Shown: piece by piece, positions 12,347 through 25,107 of the stretch
How positions within the stretch are numbered: position 1 is the stretch's first letter
Layout of the letters: the number at the start of each line of letters is the position of its first letter
Assembly (NCBI RefSeq): GCF_011386835.1
Contig: NC_088793.1
Coordinates: forward strand, 101,618,001-101,682,000
Length of the DNA: 64,000 bases
Origin: Chrysemys picta bellii
Taxonomy: Eukaryota
Reading direction: 5' to 3'
The notes under the pieces: model-generated
The model's database searches: none
What the model was told of the DNA's origin: nothing
Seen by the model: the letters and a program-made list of their open reading frames with translations, nothing else
Program-made: the position numbers and the translations under genes

Positions 12347-13372
12347 TCAGTTTGGAAATAAATTCATTGTTGAACAGTCAAGCCGGAGCATTTTGAAGCT
12401 CACAATCACTTTCATTGCTTTTCGAAACCAAGGATAAAAGAGAGAGTAAATCAAAGGATTAATGGCAGAGTTGGAATAAGTGAACCAAACCATAATGTCA
12501 AAGAGAAGGGGTGGAGTTATGAAGTTAAGAAAAGCATCAATTATTACACTTATAAAAAAGGGTGACCAACATACCAAAAAAGCAATCGCAGCTATACCCA
12601 GGGTTTTAGCAGCTTTCCTCTCTCTTTTCCTACCTCTGTCACTGTAATTACCAAATGACTGGATGTTGTTGCTCATCATCTCTATCATTCTAGCTTGTCG
12701 TTTAGCCACAGCAAAGATTTTGCTGTAAAGTGCTATCATTGTAAAAAAAGGTATTAGATAAAGGAGAGCAGATACAACCACCCATGTTTTGTTGAAGACA
12801 AGTTGACAGCTCCCTACACAGGAGAGGGCATTTACTAATTCTTGTATCCCTTTGTCATTAGCCCCAGTGAAGACAACAGAAAAACTGTATACTAATGAAA
12901 ATATCCAGGCAATAGCTATGAACATGCCTGAAACTGGCACTGTGAACTTGAGAGGGTAAATTAAAGGATCAGTAACCGCAACGTAGCGATCAACAGAGAT
13001 GAAGCACAAGTGAAATATTGATGAATAACAAAAGGATGCATCTAAACAACTGTGAAATCTACAGAATGTTTCCCCAAAATACCAGCATGTTTCAACAGAT
13101 CTTATACTGCTGAAGGGCAGCACAGTCAGACCCAAACAAAAATCAGCACATGCCAAGGAGGCAAGCAAGATATTTGTAGGAGAGTGAAGCTGTTTGAAAT
13201 AAGCAATTGAAATCATTACCATTAGGTTTCCACCTAGTGTAAGAATTGTCAGAAAACCAAGCACAACATACAAAGTTATCCGGATTCCAGAAGACCATGA
13301 TGTTTTATGGCAAGATCCATTAATATTCTCAAAGCAATATTGTGCTTCTTCATTCTGAAGCACTGAAGTCAT
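12347..13372 (-). CDS. TAAR: Trace amine-associated receptor (TAAR6-9 clade-like), 341 aa, copy 1
   Basis: 7TM class A GPCR; DRY, RERKAAKTLGI and TAAR fingerprint NSAINPLIYSLFYPWF; Asp3.32 present; intact single coding exon. Confidence 0.95.
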   Translation of the reverse strand: MTSVLQNEEAQYCFENINGSCHKTSWSSGIRITLYVVLGFLTILTLGGNLMVMISIAYFKQLHSPTNILLASLACADFCLGLTVLPFSSIRSVETCWYFGETFCRFHSCLDASFCYSSIFHLCFISVDRYVAVTDPLIYPLKFTVPVSGMFIAIAWIFSLVYSFSVVFTGANDKGIQELVNALSCVGSCQLVFNKTWVVVSALLYLIPFFTMIALYSKIFAVAKRQARMIEMMSNNIQSFGNYSDRGRKRERKAAKTLGIAAIAFLVCWSPFFISVIIDAFLNFITPPLLFDIMVWFTYSNSAINPLIYSLFYPWFRKAMKVIVSFKMLRLDCSTMNLFPN

Positions 13373-13896
13373 GTTGTGCTTTTGTTGTCAACTATTCTGA
13401 ACTTTTTAGTTTTTGAGTTTGTATACCAATGGTGATGATGTGGCACCAGTTGGTGAAGCTCTTCAGTTTTTAAGTCTTTCTGAAAAAGAGAATTAAAGTT
13501 GACATGAGTGAGAGTACAATAATTCCAAAGTGTTCTATTATGACCATCAATATACTAAAAGTGTATGTGTATAGGAAGTAAATAAAACATAGCAAAATAT
13601 CTCTTGTAACTACAGTTTTCAATGGCATTTTGAAATAAAAAAGTAAGAAAAATACTTTATAATTGAAAAGTTTCTCCTGTGCTATAACATAGAGTTTAGT
13701 TTTACCTATTTATATTTATTTAAATTTCCTCGATGCCTCATCTTTCTGTTAAGTCAATTGCAAAACTCCAATTGACTTCAGTGTAATTGGATGGACTCCT
13801 AATGCCTTACCTTTTGAGAAGCTTTTCTTCAGATATAATCCTGGATTAAAATGTCAATAGAAGGCAGGAAGAGATGCATGTTTCAGTAGTGCTTTA

Positions 13897-13926
13897 TCCT
13901 CTGAGTTGTTTTAGCAAAGTTAATGA
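13897..13926 (-). promoter_or_regulatory. Candidate TAAR promoter composite (EBF/O-E-like + homeodomain)
   Basis: TCCTCTGAG-N15-TAATGA, same spacing upstream of all five TAARs. Confidence 0.5.
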
Positions 13927-14354
13927 GAAAGTACTTGCATGCTGTTCTCTGAAAAATGAGGGATGGGGTGAGGGGAAAAACAGGAAACACAAGGGAAATT
14001 TAGTAATCATCCCATAAATTGAAATCCCTCTAGTAAAGGGTGTAAACACTGACAGATACTTAGTTTGAAAAAATCCCATCATTAAGCAATCTACTTTGAT
14101 TTATCACAAGACAGTCCTTTATTTAAGTATATACTGTCTTGCATATGTTTGAACTAAGTCTCATTATCAGAACCTTCCTTTATTTTTTGAAGGCAAATTT
14201 AACTGGCTCCCACAGCTACCAGGTGTTATATAAGTATTATTACTGTAAATTACTTTGTCAGGAATACTGACTGAGGAATCTGAGGTCATAGATAATGGTA
14301 CGTGTGTTAAAGAAAATCTATCCCACCTTTATTAATCTTGCAGTGGGGTATTTT

Positions 14355-14358
<4 letters not shown>

Positions 14359-14392
<34 letters not shown>

Positions 14393-14400
14393 GCTGTCTC
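14359..14400. repeat. (CT)n microsatellite upstream of TAAR; homologues at ~31025, ~42145, ~53628
   Basis: Visible dinucleotide tract of different length in each unit. Confidence 0.8.
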
Positions 14401-15309
14401 TCATATTTTGGCCATTTTTCTACACTGTGGGCCAAACTCTTTCCAGTGCTAAGAATGGAGGAATGATTGAGGCAGTTTGTGTCATCCCTATGTGTCTGCC
14501 GTGGTCCAGTCTAGCCCACAGTGCAAATTAGGACAGCCCTAAATTGCACTATAGTTGCCATGGATTCTATGAGCCTTCTGGTACTCTAGCTACATCTGAC
14601 TAGGTTGCCAATATACCCCTTCCCTCCTCTGGCCTATCCCCAGTGTGCCACAGAAGTTCCCCTGCCCCATGGATTTCTGCAAAGGGAGAGTTGGTGGAAC
14701 AAGCTCTGATCGTCTCTAAAGGCCACTCGCTGGAGGACTGTGCATCTGCTGTGCTGGTGAGGGCAAAGGAGCTGTGGTCCATATATGATTTAGGTCCTGT
14801 CTTCTTTCATGAGTTTGAGTAAGTGGAGAAGTATGGTTGAGATGGCGCTTCCATTCCAAACCTATATTTTCCATGGCTTATACATTCCTCAAAAATGTAG
14901 GTCGATCCTTTAGTAGTGTTCATACCCTTAGGCCTGATGTATATTATGAACTTATGTCGGTATAATTTCATCGCTATGGGGTATGAAAATCCACACCCCT
15001 GAGCTCTACCGCAGTTAAAGCAATCTCATCTCCAGTGTGGACAGCACTAGGTCGATGGAGAATTCTCTCATCAGCCTAGCTACCGCATCTTGGGGAGGTG
15101 GGTTACCTATGCCAATGGGAGAACTGCTCCCATCTGCAGAGGTAGCGTCTTCTCTGAAGCCTTACTTTTGCCCTGTTCCCCCACCCCCGCTAGCAGGAGG
15201 ACGTGCTGTCTTTAGCCTCCTTCTGCTAGCCAGGAGGGGGATTCACTGTTTTTACCCAACCCCGCTGGGAGGGGGACATGCTGTTTTCATTCACACACAC
15301 ACTCACACA

Positions 15310-15513
15310 CACACACATCTCTGCCCAAGGAGGGGTTCAAGGTTGCAAACTCATTCCAGGGCTCAGTAGGGAGCTTAGCTGCTGCTGAATCCTGACCTGG
15401 AGTGTCAGCTGCTAGATCTGGAGCCCAAACTGTGCTTTGTTCAGAGTTAGAAACATTTCAGAGTTACGGACAGCCTCCATTCCCAAGGTGTCCGTAACTC
15501 TGAGATTGTACTG
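15310..15513. mobile_element. Tc1/mariner (Tigger-like) MITE fragment
   Basis: Internal IR TCAGAGTTACGGACA / TGTCCGTAACTCTGA and terminal GAGATTGTACTG; absent from the homologous spacer at ~43360. Confidence 0.4.
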
Positions 15514-15551
15514 TTCTGCCACCTAGCTAGTTTTTCTGCATTTGTTAGTTG

Positions 15552-15785
15552 CAGGGCCGGCTCCAGGCACCAGCTTCTCAAGCAGGTGATTGGGGCGGCA
15601 GCACCAGGTATTCAGCAGCAATTCGGCGGACGGTCCCTCACTCCGCCTGGCAGTGAAGGACCTCCCGCCGAATTGCCGCCGGAGATCGCGATCACGGCTT
15701 TTTTTAGATTGCGATCACGGCTTTTTTTGTTTGTTTGTTTTTGTTTTGGCTGCTTGGGGTGGCCAAAACCCTGGAGCCGGACCTG
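15552..15785. mobile_element. hAT MITE (CAGGGCCGG family)
   Basis: TIR CAGGGCCGGCTCCAGG / CCTGGAGCCGGACCTG; 8-bp TSD GTTAGTTG; empty site at ~43385. Confidence 0.9.
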
Positions 15786-15793
15786 GTTAGTTG

Positions 15794-18682
15794 TGCATTT
15801 GATTTTTTTCCTTTCTAAGTGAAATACTTTGCACTCGTCTTTATTAAATTTCATCTTGTTGAATTCAGACCAATTCTCCAATTTGTCAGTCATTTTGAAT
15901 TTTAATACTGTCCTCCAAAGTGCTTGCAATCCCTCGTAGCTTGGTGTCATCAGCAAATTTTATAAGAATATCCTCCACTCCCTTTTTCAAGTCATTAATG
16001 AAAATGGTGAATAGTACTGGACCGAGGCCTAACCCTTACGGGACCCCACTAGTTATACCCTCCCAGTTTGACAGCAAACCATTGATAACTACTCTTTGAG
16101 TAGGGCCTTTCAACCAGTTATTCACCCACCATACAGTAATTTCATGTACACTTCATTTTCCTAGTTTGTTTAAGAGACTGTCATGTGGAACTGTGTCAAA
16201 AGTCTTATTAAGATGATGTTAAAAAAAAAAAGAAAAAGTGAACAGAGTTTGAGCATAGAAGTTTCTGGTTATCAGGGAATAATCAGGTACAGATTATCGA
16301 GGGTGCAAAGTTTGGTTTAAGATCAGATGGCATAAGGAATACATAATCTGCAGTATCCCCGATTGGGGGTAAAGGGTTGATGGGTCAAAGTACAGGCATT
16401 GAGATATGAGGGTACTCAAATCAAGACATATCATGTCCACTGCTTCCCCCTTATCCAGTAGGCCAAAGAAGGAAATTAGATTGGTTTCGCACGCTTTGTT
16501 CTTGACAAATCCATTTTGCCTATTCCTTATCTTATTATCCTCTAGGATCTTACAAATTGATTGTTTGCTAATTTGTACTAGGGCTGTCAAGCGATTAAAA
16601 AAGTTATTCTTGATCAATTGCACAATTAATTGCACCGTTAAACAATAATAGAATACTATTTTTAAAAAATATTTGTGGATGTTTTCTACATTTTCAAATA
16701 TATTGATTTCAGTTACAACACAGAATACGAAGTGTACAGTGCTCACTTTATATTTATTTTTTATTTCAAATATTTGCACTGTAAAAAACAAAAGAAATAG
16801 TATTTTTCATTTCACCTCATACAAGTACTATAGTGCAATCTCTTTGTCATGAAAGTTGAATTTACAAATCTAGAATTATGTAGAAAAAGTAACTGCATTC
16901 AAAAATAATACAATGTAAAACTTTAGAGCCTACAAGTCTGCTCAGTGCTACGTCAGCCAATCTCTCAGACAAACAGGATTGGGGACAATTTGCAGGAGCT
17001 ACTGCTGCCCGCTTCTTGTTCACAATGTCACCTGAAAGTGAGAACAGGTATTCTCACGGCACTGTTGTAGCTGACGTTGCAAGATATTTACGTGCCAGAT
17101 GCGCTAAAGATTCATATGTCCCTTCATCTTCAACCACCATTCCATAGGACATGTGTCCATGCTGATGATGGGTTCTGCTCGGTAACGATCCAAAACAGAG
17201 CAGACCTATGCATGTTCATTTTCATCATCTGAGTCAGCCACCAGTAGAAAGTTGATTTTCTTTTTTGGTGGTTCGGGTTCTGTAGTTTCCACATCTGTGT
17301 GTTACTCTTTTAAAACTTACGAAAGCATGCTCCACACCTCATCCCTCTCAGATTTTAGACTGCACTTCAGATTCTTAAACCTTGGGTCGAGTGCTGTAGC
17401 TATCCTTAGAAATCTCAGATTGGTACCTTCTTTGTGTTTTGTCAAATCTGCTGTGAAAATGTTCTTAAAATGAACAAGTGCTGGGTCATCATCTGAAACT
17501 GCTATAACATGAATATATGTCAGAATGCGGGTAAAACAGAAGAGCAGACATACAATTCTCCCCCAAGGAGTTCAGTCACAAATCTAATTAACACATTATT
17601 TTTTTAACAAATGTCATCAGCATGGAAGCATCTCCTCTGGAATGGTGGTTGAAGCGTGAAGGGACAAACGAATGTTTAGCATATCTGGCACATAAATACC
17701 TTGCAACGCCGACTACAAAAGTGCCATGCAAACACCTATTCTCACTTTCAGGTGATGTAAATAAGAAGCAGGCAGAAGTATCTTCCATAAATGTAAACAA
17801 ACTTGTTTGTCTTAGCGATTGGATGAACAAGAAGTAGGACTGAGTGGACTTGTAGGCTCCAAAGTTTTACATTGTTTTGTTTTTTAGTGCAGTTATTTAA
17901 CAAAAAAAATCTACATTTGTAAGTTACACTTTCACGATAAAGAGATTGCACTACCGTACTTGTATAAGGTGATTTGAAAAATACTATTTCTTTTGTTTAT
18001 CATTTTTACAGTGCAAATATTTGTAATAAAAATCATAATATAAAGTGAGCACTGTACACTTTGTATGCTGTGTTGAAATAGAAGTTAATATTTGAAAATG
18101 TAGAATAACATCCAAAATATTTAATAAATTTCAATTGGTATTCTATTTTTAACAGTGCGACTAACTAAAAAAAATTAATTGTGATTAAAAAATTAATCAT
18201 GATTAATCGCGTGCGTTAGCTGTGATTAATCGATAGCCCTAATTTGTACCAATATCTTTCCAGGTATCAAAGTTAGACTGACTGGTCTATAATTCCCTGG
18301 GTCCTCTTTGTTCCCATCTTTAAAGATAGATACTATGTTTGCCCTTCTCCAGTTTTCTGGGACCTCACTCATCTTCCAGGATTTCTCAAAGATAATTGTG
18401 AATGGTTCTGAGATTGCTTCAGCTACTTCCTTAAGTATCTAAGATGAACTTGAGTACATCTAACTTATCTAAATATTCTTTAACCTCTTTGTTCCCTACT
18501 TTGGCTTGTGTTCCTTCCCTCTTGTTGTTAATATTAATTGAGATGAGTATCTGGTCACTATTAACCTGTTTAGTGAAGTCTGATGCAAAATAGGCATTAA
18601 ATACCTCAGTTTTCTGGATGTCATTAGTTATTATCTCTCCTTCCCCGCTAAGTAGAAGACCAACACTTTCCTTCATCTTTCT
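15794..18682 (-). mobile_element. Old CR1 LINE ORF2 fragment, interrupted by two insertions
   Basis: DKLENWSEFNKMKFNKDECKV, KNKACETNLISFF, DKGEAVDMI and KESVGLLL motifs in broken frames. Confidence 0.85.
16579..18241. mobile_element. hAT deletion derivative with two inverted transposase 3' ends
   Basis: TIR TAGGGCTGTCAAGCGATTAA / TTAATCGATAGCCCTA; 8-bp TSD ATTTGTAC; hATC dimerisation motif PLEWW..KYLATP..LFSLSG on plus (17622-17837) and mirrored on minus. Confidence 0.9.
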
Positions 18683-19542
18683 GGCACTGGCTGACAGTAA
18701 TATATAAGTATAAAATATTAATATTTATATTACTGATTTGGTAAATAATGATACGGTATAGGTTTTAAAGGGATGGAAAAACATTTCTTTTTCCAGTATT
18801 GTTAGTACTTCCTAACAAATGGAGATGAATTTCACTGAATAACTAATTTTTGATCTTTCTTTGTTTGCCTTTCTTTAATTCTGGAGGACCATTTTATCTT
18901 CTCCGTCACAAAATTACAACCAATGGATATTGCTCTATTATTGTTTCATAGCATAATCTAGTATTAAATTAATAGTGTCTGTTCTCTCAGAAAGCACAAG
19001 AAAGCAGGTGGAGTATTCACCATTCCAGTCTTGCACTCCTCTTCCTTACTGTGGAGCTGTGACTGCAGAGCATGAACCTGGGAACCCTGGGTGCTGAAGC
19101 CTGGTAGTCCTGTCTTTTCAATATTGTTGTTTCCACCCACTGTCTTCTCTTCCGAGTCATCTTAGGATTCTAGGCAGTTCTACAATTTTATTATTGTTTC
19201 TTAGTTGGGATATCAAGAACCTTAACATTCTCATCACTGCCTTTTTATTTTTAGAATAGTTAAAGTGTTCATTCACAGTCTGAAATTAGAGTCTAATGTC
19301 CGTTGTATAAAAAAAAATAAGAAAAGAGAAAAACCCTTCCAAATATATGTTATGCTTATGTAAATATAACAGATGTTACTTAACCTCTGAGTTCTTCAGG
19401 GCAGAAACTGGTTTTTGTTATGTATTTATGCGTAGCACTGTGAAGCCATGATCCCTGCTTGGAGCCCTTAAGTTCTATCACAATAGAATACTATATACAC
19501 AATACAATACACAACACAATACAATACACAATTGTAAATACA

Positions 19543-20912
19543 TATAACCCTTCTGCCCATCTAAGTTGGCAGCAACAAGGGCCGGGTTCTGTATCTAGGG
19601 GTTCCATTTCAATAACACAATGCAAAACCGGCTCGAGCCCCCACCCAGTGACCTGGGACAATTACATACCACCCCCTGGGTGCCTCTAAGAGGCAATACT
19701 TCCCCTCTCGCAAGCACGGAGTCTGAGTGTAACAGAAAATGTTTAATAACAAGAGGTAAACGACATCAGCATTAAATTGGAAAAACACCACAAACAGGAT
19801 TCATAACACAAACCATGAGCAAAAAAACCCACCCCAGCAAGTTGGGCTGTATCCTTTCCCTTGGGTTCTTGAAACCAGCAACCCAAGGATCACCAAAGTC
19901 CCAAAAGTCCAACAACCCCCCAAAGTCTCTGTCCCTGGTCAGTGCAGCCCCAGAGTTATGGGGGGGCCCACGCAGGGTGTTAAGGGGCACCTTACGTGAT
20001 CCGAGGCTCACGGGGTTCTGCCGCAGCCTTCACCACGAGCCGCTCCACTCCACCAGCTGCCCCGTGAGCTGCTCCCGCCGTCCCACGAACTGCTCTGGCA
20101 GCTGCTCCACTCTGCTCACCGACCTGTGAGCCGCTCAGCTCTGCTCCACTTCAGCCGTCCCTTGGGCCACTCCCACAAGGCTCCGCTCTGCTCCGCTCCG
20201 CTCACCGACCTGTGAGTTGCTCAGCTCCACTCCAACCGCCCCAGCAAGGCTCCACTCTGCTAGCTGCTCCGCCAGCCGCTTAGCAATATAGCTTCAGGCT
20301 CCCCCACTAGTTAACACAGCCTCAGTGATCTCAGCTCTTAATAACTTTAGCTCTTTTGTGATTTCAGCTCTTAGCAATTTCAGCTCATAGTAGGGGAGCC
20401 CCAGTGCTAGTGCACCATTGGCCCAAAGTGAATTCCGCTCAGCAGTCTGTAACTAGACTTGTAATGGAATCAAAGTTAGCTCTGACATTCAACAGTGGAG
20501 AGAGGAGGTAGTGCAATTGGTGTTTCAACCCCTCAGAGAGGGCCCATACCATCAAGTACAAATACCTGTCCCCAGCCTCTCCCTATTCACTGGGTTTTGT
20601 AACCCATGCCCCTTGTCAAGCAAGTGCTACTTAGGTAATGGTGAAGGACTCACTCAGTCCTTCTGTCATACAACAGTTTCACTGGCCTTGATTCACAGAA
20701 TCAGGGTAACAAAACTTTATTCTTCCTGTCCCAATAACAGAGAAAACTGGGGATCCCACACCAGCCAAAGTAACCACTTTGAGTTGCTGTTGTTTCATGC
20801 CAGGCGAGTGGGTGTGCCTTTGCAAACAAGATCAGCGCCTGGAGTTCTTTTCCACACTCGCCATAATTCACCACCAGATGTCAGGGTAGAGCTCATCCTG
20901 ACTCTGCTTACA
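19543..20912. mobile_element. Solo LTR (1370 bp), Gypsy-type, inserted in a CR1 3' fragment
   Basis: TA(TG-derived)TAACCC...CTGCTTACA termini; 4-bp TSD TACA at 19539-19542 and 20913-20916; unit-2 specific. Confidence 0.75.
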
Positions 20913-21181
20913 TACATAAAAGGTTGTTACAAGAAGGAGGGAGAAAAATTGTTCTTCTTAACCTCTGAGGATAGGACAAGAAGCAAAAGGACTGTCAGAA
21001 TGGTTAAACATTGGAATAAGTTGCCTAGGGAGGTTGTGGAATTTCCATCATTGGGGATTTGTAAGAGCAGGTTAGACAAACACCTGTCAGGGATGGTCTA
21101 GATAATACTTAGTCCTGCCTTGAGTGCAGGGGACTGGACTACATGACCTCTCGAGGTCCCTTACAGTTCTATGATTCTACG
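20913..21181 (+). mobile_element. CR1 LINE 3' end
   Basis: KGCYKKEGEKLF, VKHWNKLPREVVE; 3' UTR GACCTCTCGAGGTCCCTT and ATTCTATG tail. Confidence 0.85.
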
Positions 21182-21361
21182 AATAATACTAAGAGGAAGT
21201 TCAAAAATTTAGAAGAAGAAAAACCCAAACAAACAAAAAAAACATTAGCTGAAGTTCTGATATCAATACTCATTCCACATCACTCTTCCATCTCGTTGAC
21301 TATTTCAGACCCGGTACCCTCTCTTCAATTCATTTAAATAATATGATAGTGTTTAGTCATA

Positions 21362-22521
21362 CAGTAACTCCTCTCTTAACGTTGTAGTTATGTTCCTGAA
21401 AAATGCGTCTCTAAGTGAAACAATGTTAAGAATCCAATTTCCCCATAAAAATTAATGTAAATAGGGGGGGTTAGGTTCCAGGGAATTTTTTTTTTGCCAG
21501 ACAAAAGGCATTATATACATTTTAAATGAGCAATTTAATACAGGTATAAATTTTAAACAATTTTAAAGAAACAATTTAATACTACAGTCATCACTGCTGA
21601 GTATGAAGCTTGGTTGAGGTGGTGGAGTCAGAGAGTGGAAGAGGATGGATTGTCCGGCTGCTCCTCTTGCTGTTCTTGCAAACACAGGCACTGACTTTGC
21701 CGGGGGCAGGGGGCTCAACCCTCAGCCCATCCACTCCACCCCTTCCCCCAAGCTCCCACCCTTGACCCACCTCTTCTCCCCCCCACCTCCTCCCACTTTA
21801 CTTCGCACGCAGCGTCCTCACTCCTCCCCCCTCCCTCCCCTCCCTTCTGAACCCTGCAAGCCAGCTGATTGCCGCAGGCAGGAGGCAGGGGGGGAGGGGG
21901 GGAGGCATGCCCAGTCCTTGCTCCCCCCCTCCCTCCTGCCTGGGGCAATCAGCTGGCTTGTGGCATTTAGGGGACTGCGGGGAGGAGCGAGGACTTGCCG
22001 CGCAGGCTCCCGCTCCCTCCCCCCTAGGTTGATCAGATAGCAAGTGTGAAAAATCAGGATGGGGTGGGGGGGGAATAGGTGTCTATGTAAGAAAAAGCTC
22101 CAAAAATCGGGACTGTCCCTATAAAATCAGGACATCTGGTCACCCTACTCCCCCCCCTCCCCCGCCTCCTGCCCGGGGCAATCAGCTGGTTTGCGGTGTT
22201 CAGGAGGCAAGGGAGGGAGGCGGAGCCTGCGCACCAAGTCCTCACTCCTCCCCCCTCTCTCCTGCCCCTTAAATGCCACAAGCCAGCTGATTGCCACGGG
22301 CAGGAGGCGGGAGGAGGAGGGGGAAGGCGCTGATCCTCAGGGTCCACCAGCGGGTGGGAGGCACTTTGGAGAGGGGGGGTAGGAAGGCTGGCAGCTGTGG
22401 AGAAAGCAGGGAGCCAAACAACGTAATAGTGGAGCATTGCACAACTTTAAATGAGCATGTTCCCTAATTGATCAGCAACGTAACAACGTTAACCGGGATG
22501 ACTTTAAGTGACGAGTTACTG
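21362..22521. mobile_element. Tc1/mariner (Tigger-like) non-autonomous DNA transposon
   Basis: TIR CAGTAACTC / GAGTTACTG; TA TSD; empty site in the other units; GC-rich interior. Confidence 0.8.
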
Positions 22522-25107
22522 TATTTATTAAAGCATGCCAAAGGGAAATCATCCTAGAGGTGGAACAAAGTAGATTAGCAGGGCTTAGGTGAGGTCTTTA
22601 TGCCAGCTATTTGGAATTCAGTTGAGCAGGGATGGTGCTTTTTGATATTTTTTTACATAAAGAGTAATTTTTACATAAAGAGTAATAAAAATAGCGTGTG
22701 ATAGCACTCCCATGTATCTGTGCTATCACACGCTACATAAATTCTGTATGCATGCTGACTGTGGGTTTAATATTTCATTTTGATTAGCAATTATTTTTAT
22801 GCTGCTATTTGTATTGCTTTGTTTTTCTTACAGTTGAAATATTCAGGATTACCCCGTATTACCCACTAGATGGCACAACAGTGACATTATCCTGCTCTCC
22901 TCTGCTAGCTGAAGATTTTGGGCTTGATTTTGATCTCACATTGGTTTTACACCAATATAACTCTACTGATTTCAGTACAGTCACTCCTGATTTATGGAGA
23001 CTCAGCTGAGATCAGAATCAACCCTTTCTCTCAAAGCAATATACGTACCAGTATTTTGTTTTGGATTTGTCCTTTTCAGAGATGACTCTTTGTCTGGAAC
23101 CTGGGGGACAGTTTACTTTGATTAACAGCATATGGACAGCTCTGTCTACATTTCAGAACTGGAAACAGAGTAATGTGCTTTTGAACTGATCAGACCCTGC
23201 TGCACAGGCTGGTCATGAAAAGTTTCATTGAACATTCTGCAGTATAAAACTCTGTTGAGTGCTTGTTAGAGGTCTCAGAATTGATCAGTCACAGACCTCT
23301 TCTCCAAGGAGGGCTGCCATTGGCCCATAAATACTGAAGTATCATATAAGGGTATGTGGCCCATCCTCTTCCACCTCCTCCACATTCTACAGTCTCCTGA
23401 AGAAGACTGGCAGCCCTTTCTGTAGTACATATGGTTCACAGCTGTCTGCCCACATTCTTATTGAACACCTTCTTTTTAGAGCTTAAGTGGTACAGAGGGC
23501 CTTGTGTACCAGGGTGAATTCTATCCTCTAATATCAAACATTTGATTACACTTCTTTTATCTTCAGTTTTGAACAATAAAATTAATGATACATGCATGAA
23601 ATGATAAACTGTATAGCAGATGTTTCCAAGGCAGTTTTTATTAGTATGCCTGATCAGAATGAATAACAATAATTTATAATTATATGCATATATTTATTTA
23701 TTTGTACTAAAGTAGTGCCTAATAAATTCTCAGCCTTCAGTGTTGTAGGGTCTGTACAAACATATGGTGGAAGCTGGTCCCTGGCGCAAACAGTTTACAA
23801 ACTAATTACATGTATTGCAAAACCACTTACACAAATTTACACTCCATAGTGTTTTGCATATTATTTAGACATAATCTTCAACAGAAGCAGAGTTAGGCCA
23901 GTGTTAGGTGCTTTTGAAAATCTCACTCTATATTCTTAAATCTGTGCTTAAGTATCCTTCAATCTCCCTACCTTGCCCATCCTCTAGTTTGTCTCATCCA
24001 TCTGTTATATCGTATCTATTAAAACAACTTCTTTGAGGGGCAGGGACTGTCACTTATTGTTTGACTGTATATTGCCTAGCACAATGCAGCCTTACTCTGT
24101 CTCTTAATCATGCTACAAAATCACTACGACTTGATATTTCAAATTTTACATTACAGTTGCGCAACCCTGATGTGGTCCTCAGGCCAAAAAATTTGCCCAC
24201 TCCTGATCTATTATGTTAAAATATGATGATCAAAACCCCAGAAGTGCTCCCCCTGGCTACTAACAGAGTTTTACCTTTCTCCCTTTGCTATTACCTGTTG
24301 TATTTTTTGTGATGGTGACTGGGTTTTGCTTGCTATACTTCTGTTCATTCAAATCTGTTGTTCAGCTAGCACAGACATTTTGGAATAAAAGACTAGCCAG
24401 TGGATCCTGCCATGCATGGATATTTCCCTGAGCTCTGGGCTTCCCAAGTATTTATGTCCCAGAATGTACCATAATTTTCAAACACTGGATCTTGTGGAGT
24501 TGCAGAAAAGTGGTGTTCTGTGAAATACAGTGGTAGGAACCAGTGAAGAGGCTACAGCTGGCTGCTTCCAAAGGGAGTAGGATGAAGTGGGCAACCTGCC
24601 TATCCCAATGAAAAGGCTGTGTCATGAGAAGGGGGAGTAGACAGCTACTCTATTTCCAACAGAGGCACTATTTATATGATATTTGATTAATATTAAGCTA
24701 AAACATTATTTATTCAACTGAATACTAAAAGTCAGTTGTCATCCTATTCCTATGTGTAGCCAAGTACGTTTTCTCGCAGAGGCTGTAAGCCACTGATGAA
24801 GTTGGTTAAAGCCTTGAGTCAGTTGGGCATTTATAAAATAATGTCTCATGCTCTCATTAATGATTTGGATATAGGCAGGCAGCACAGTTTTTCTGTTGTC
24901 CTGATGCAAATTTATCTCTGCCGACTCCATGTCTCTGTTGTGTGTGGCTTGTTATCTCTGCTGTGAGTGTAAAGGAAGTAGGAGTGGCTCTTAAGGCAGA
25001 GGGATGTATGGCTTGGGACAAAGAATTCCTACAGGGAGAGCCCTGAGAACTGCCAAGCCAGGGGAGAAGGTTTGGACTGAAATTTATTATTAATTTCTTG
25101 TTAATAA

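Noticed and set aside
20511-21101. 196-aa ORF
   Set aside because: Chance fusion of solo-LTR sequence and a CR1 3' end
22660-22700. ~20-bp direct duplication TTTTTACATAAAGAGTAAT
   Set aside because: Ordinary slippage duplication with no further structure
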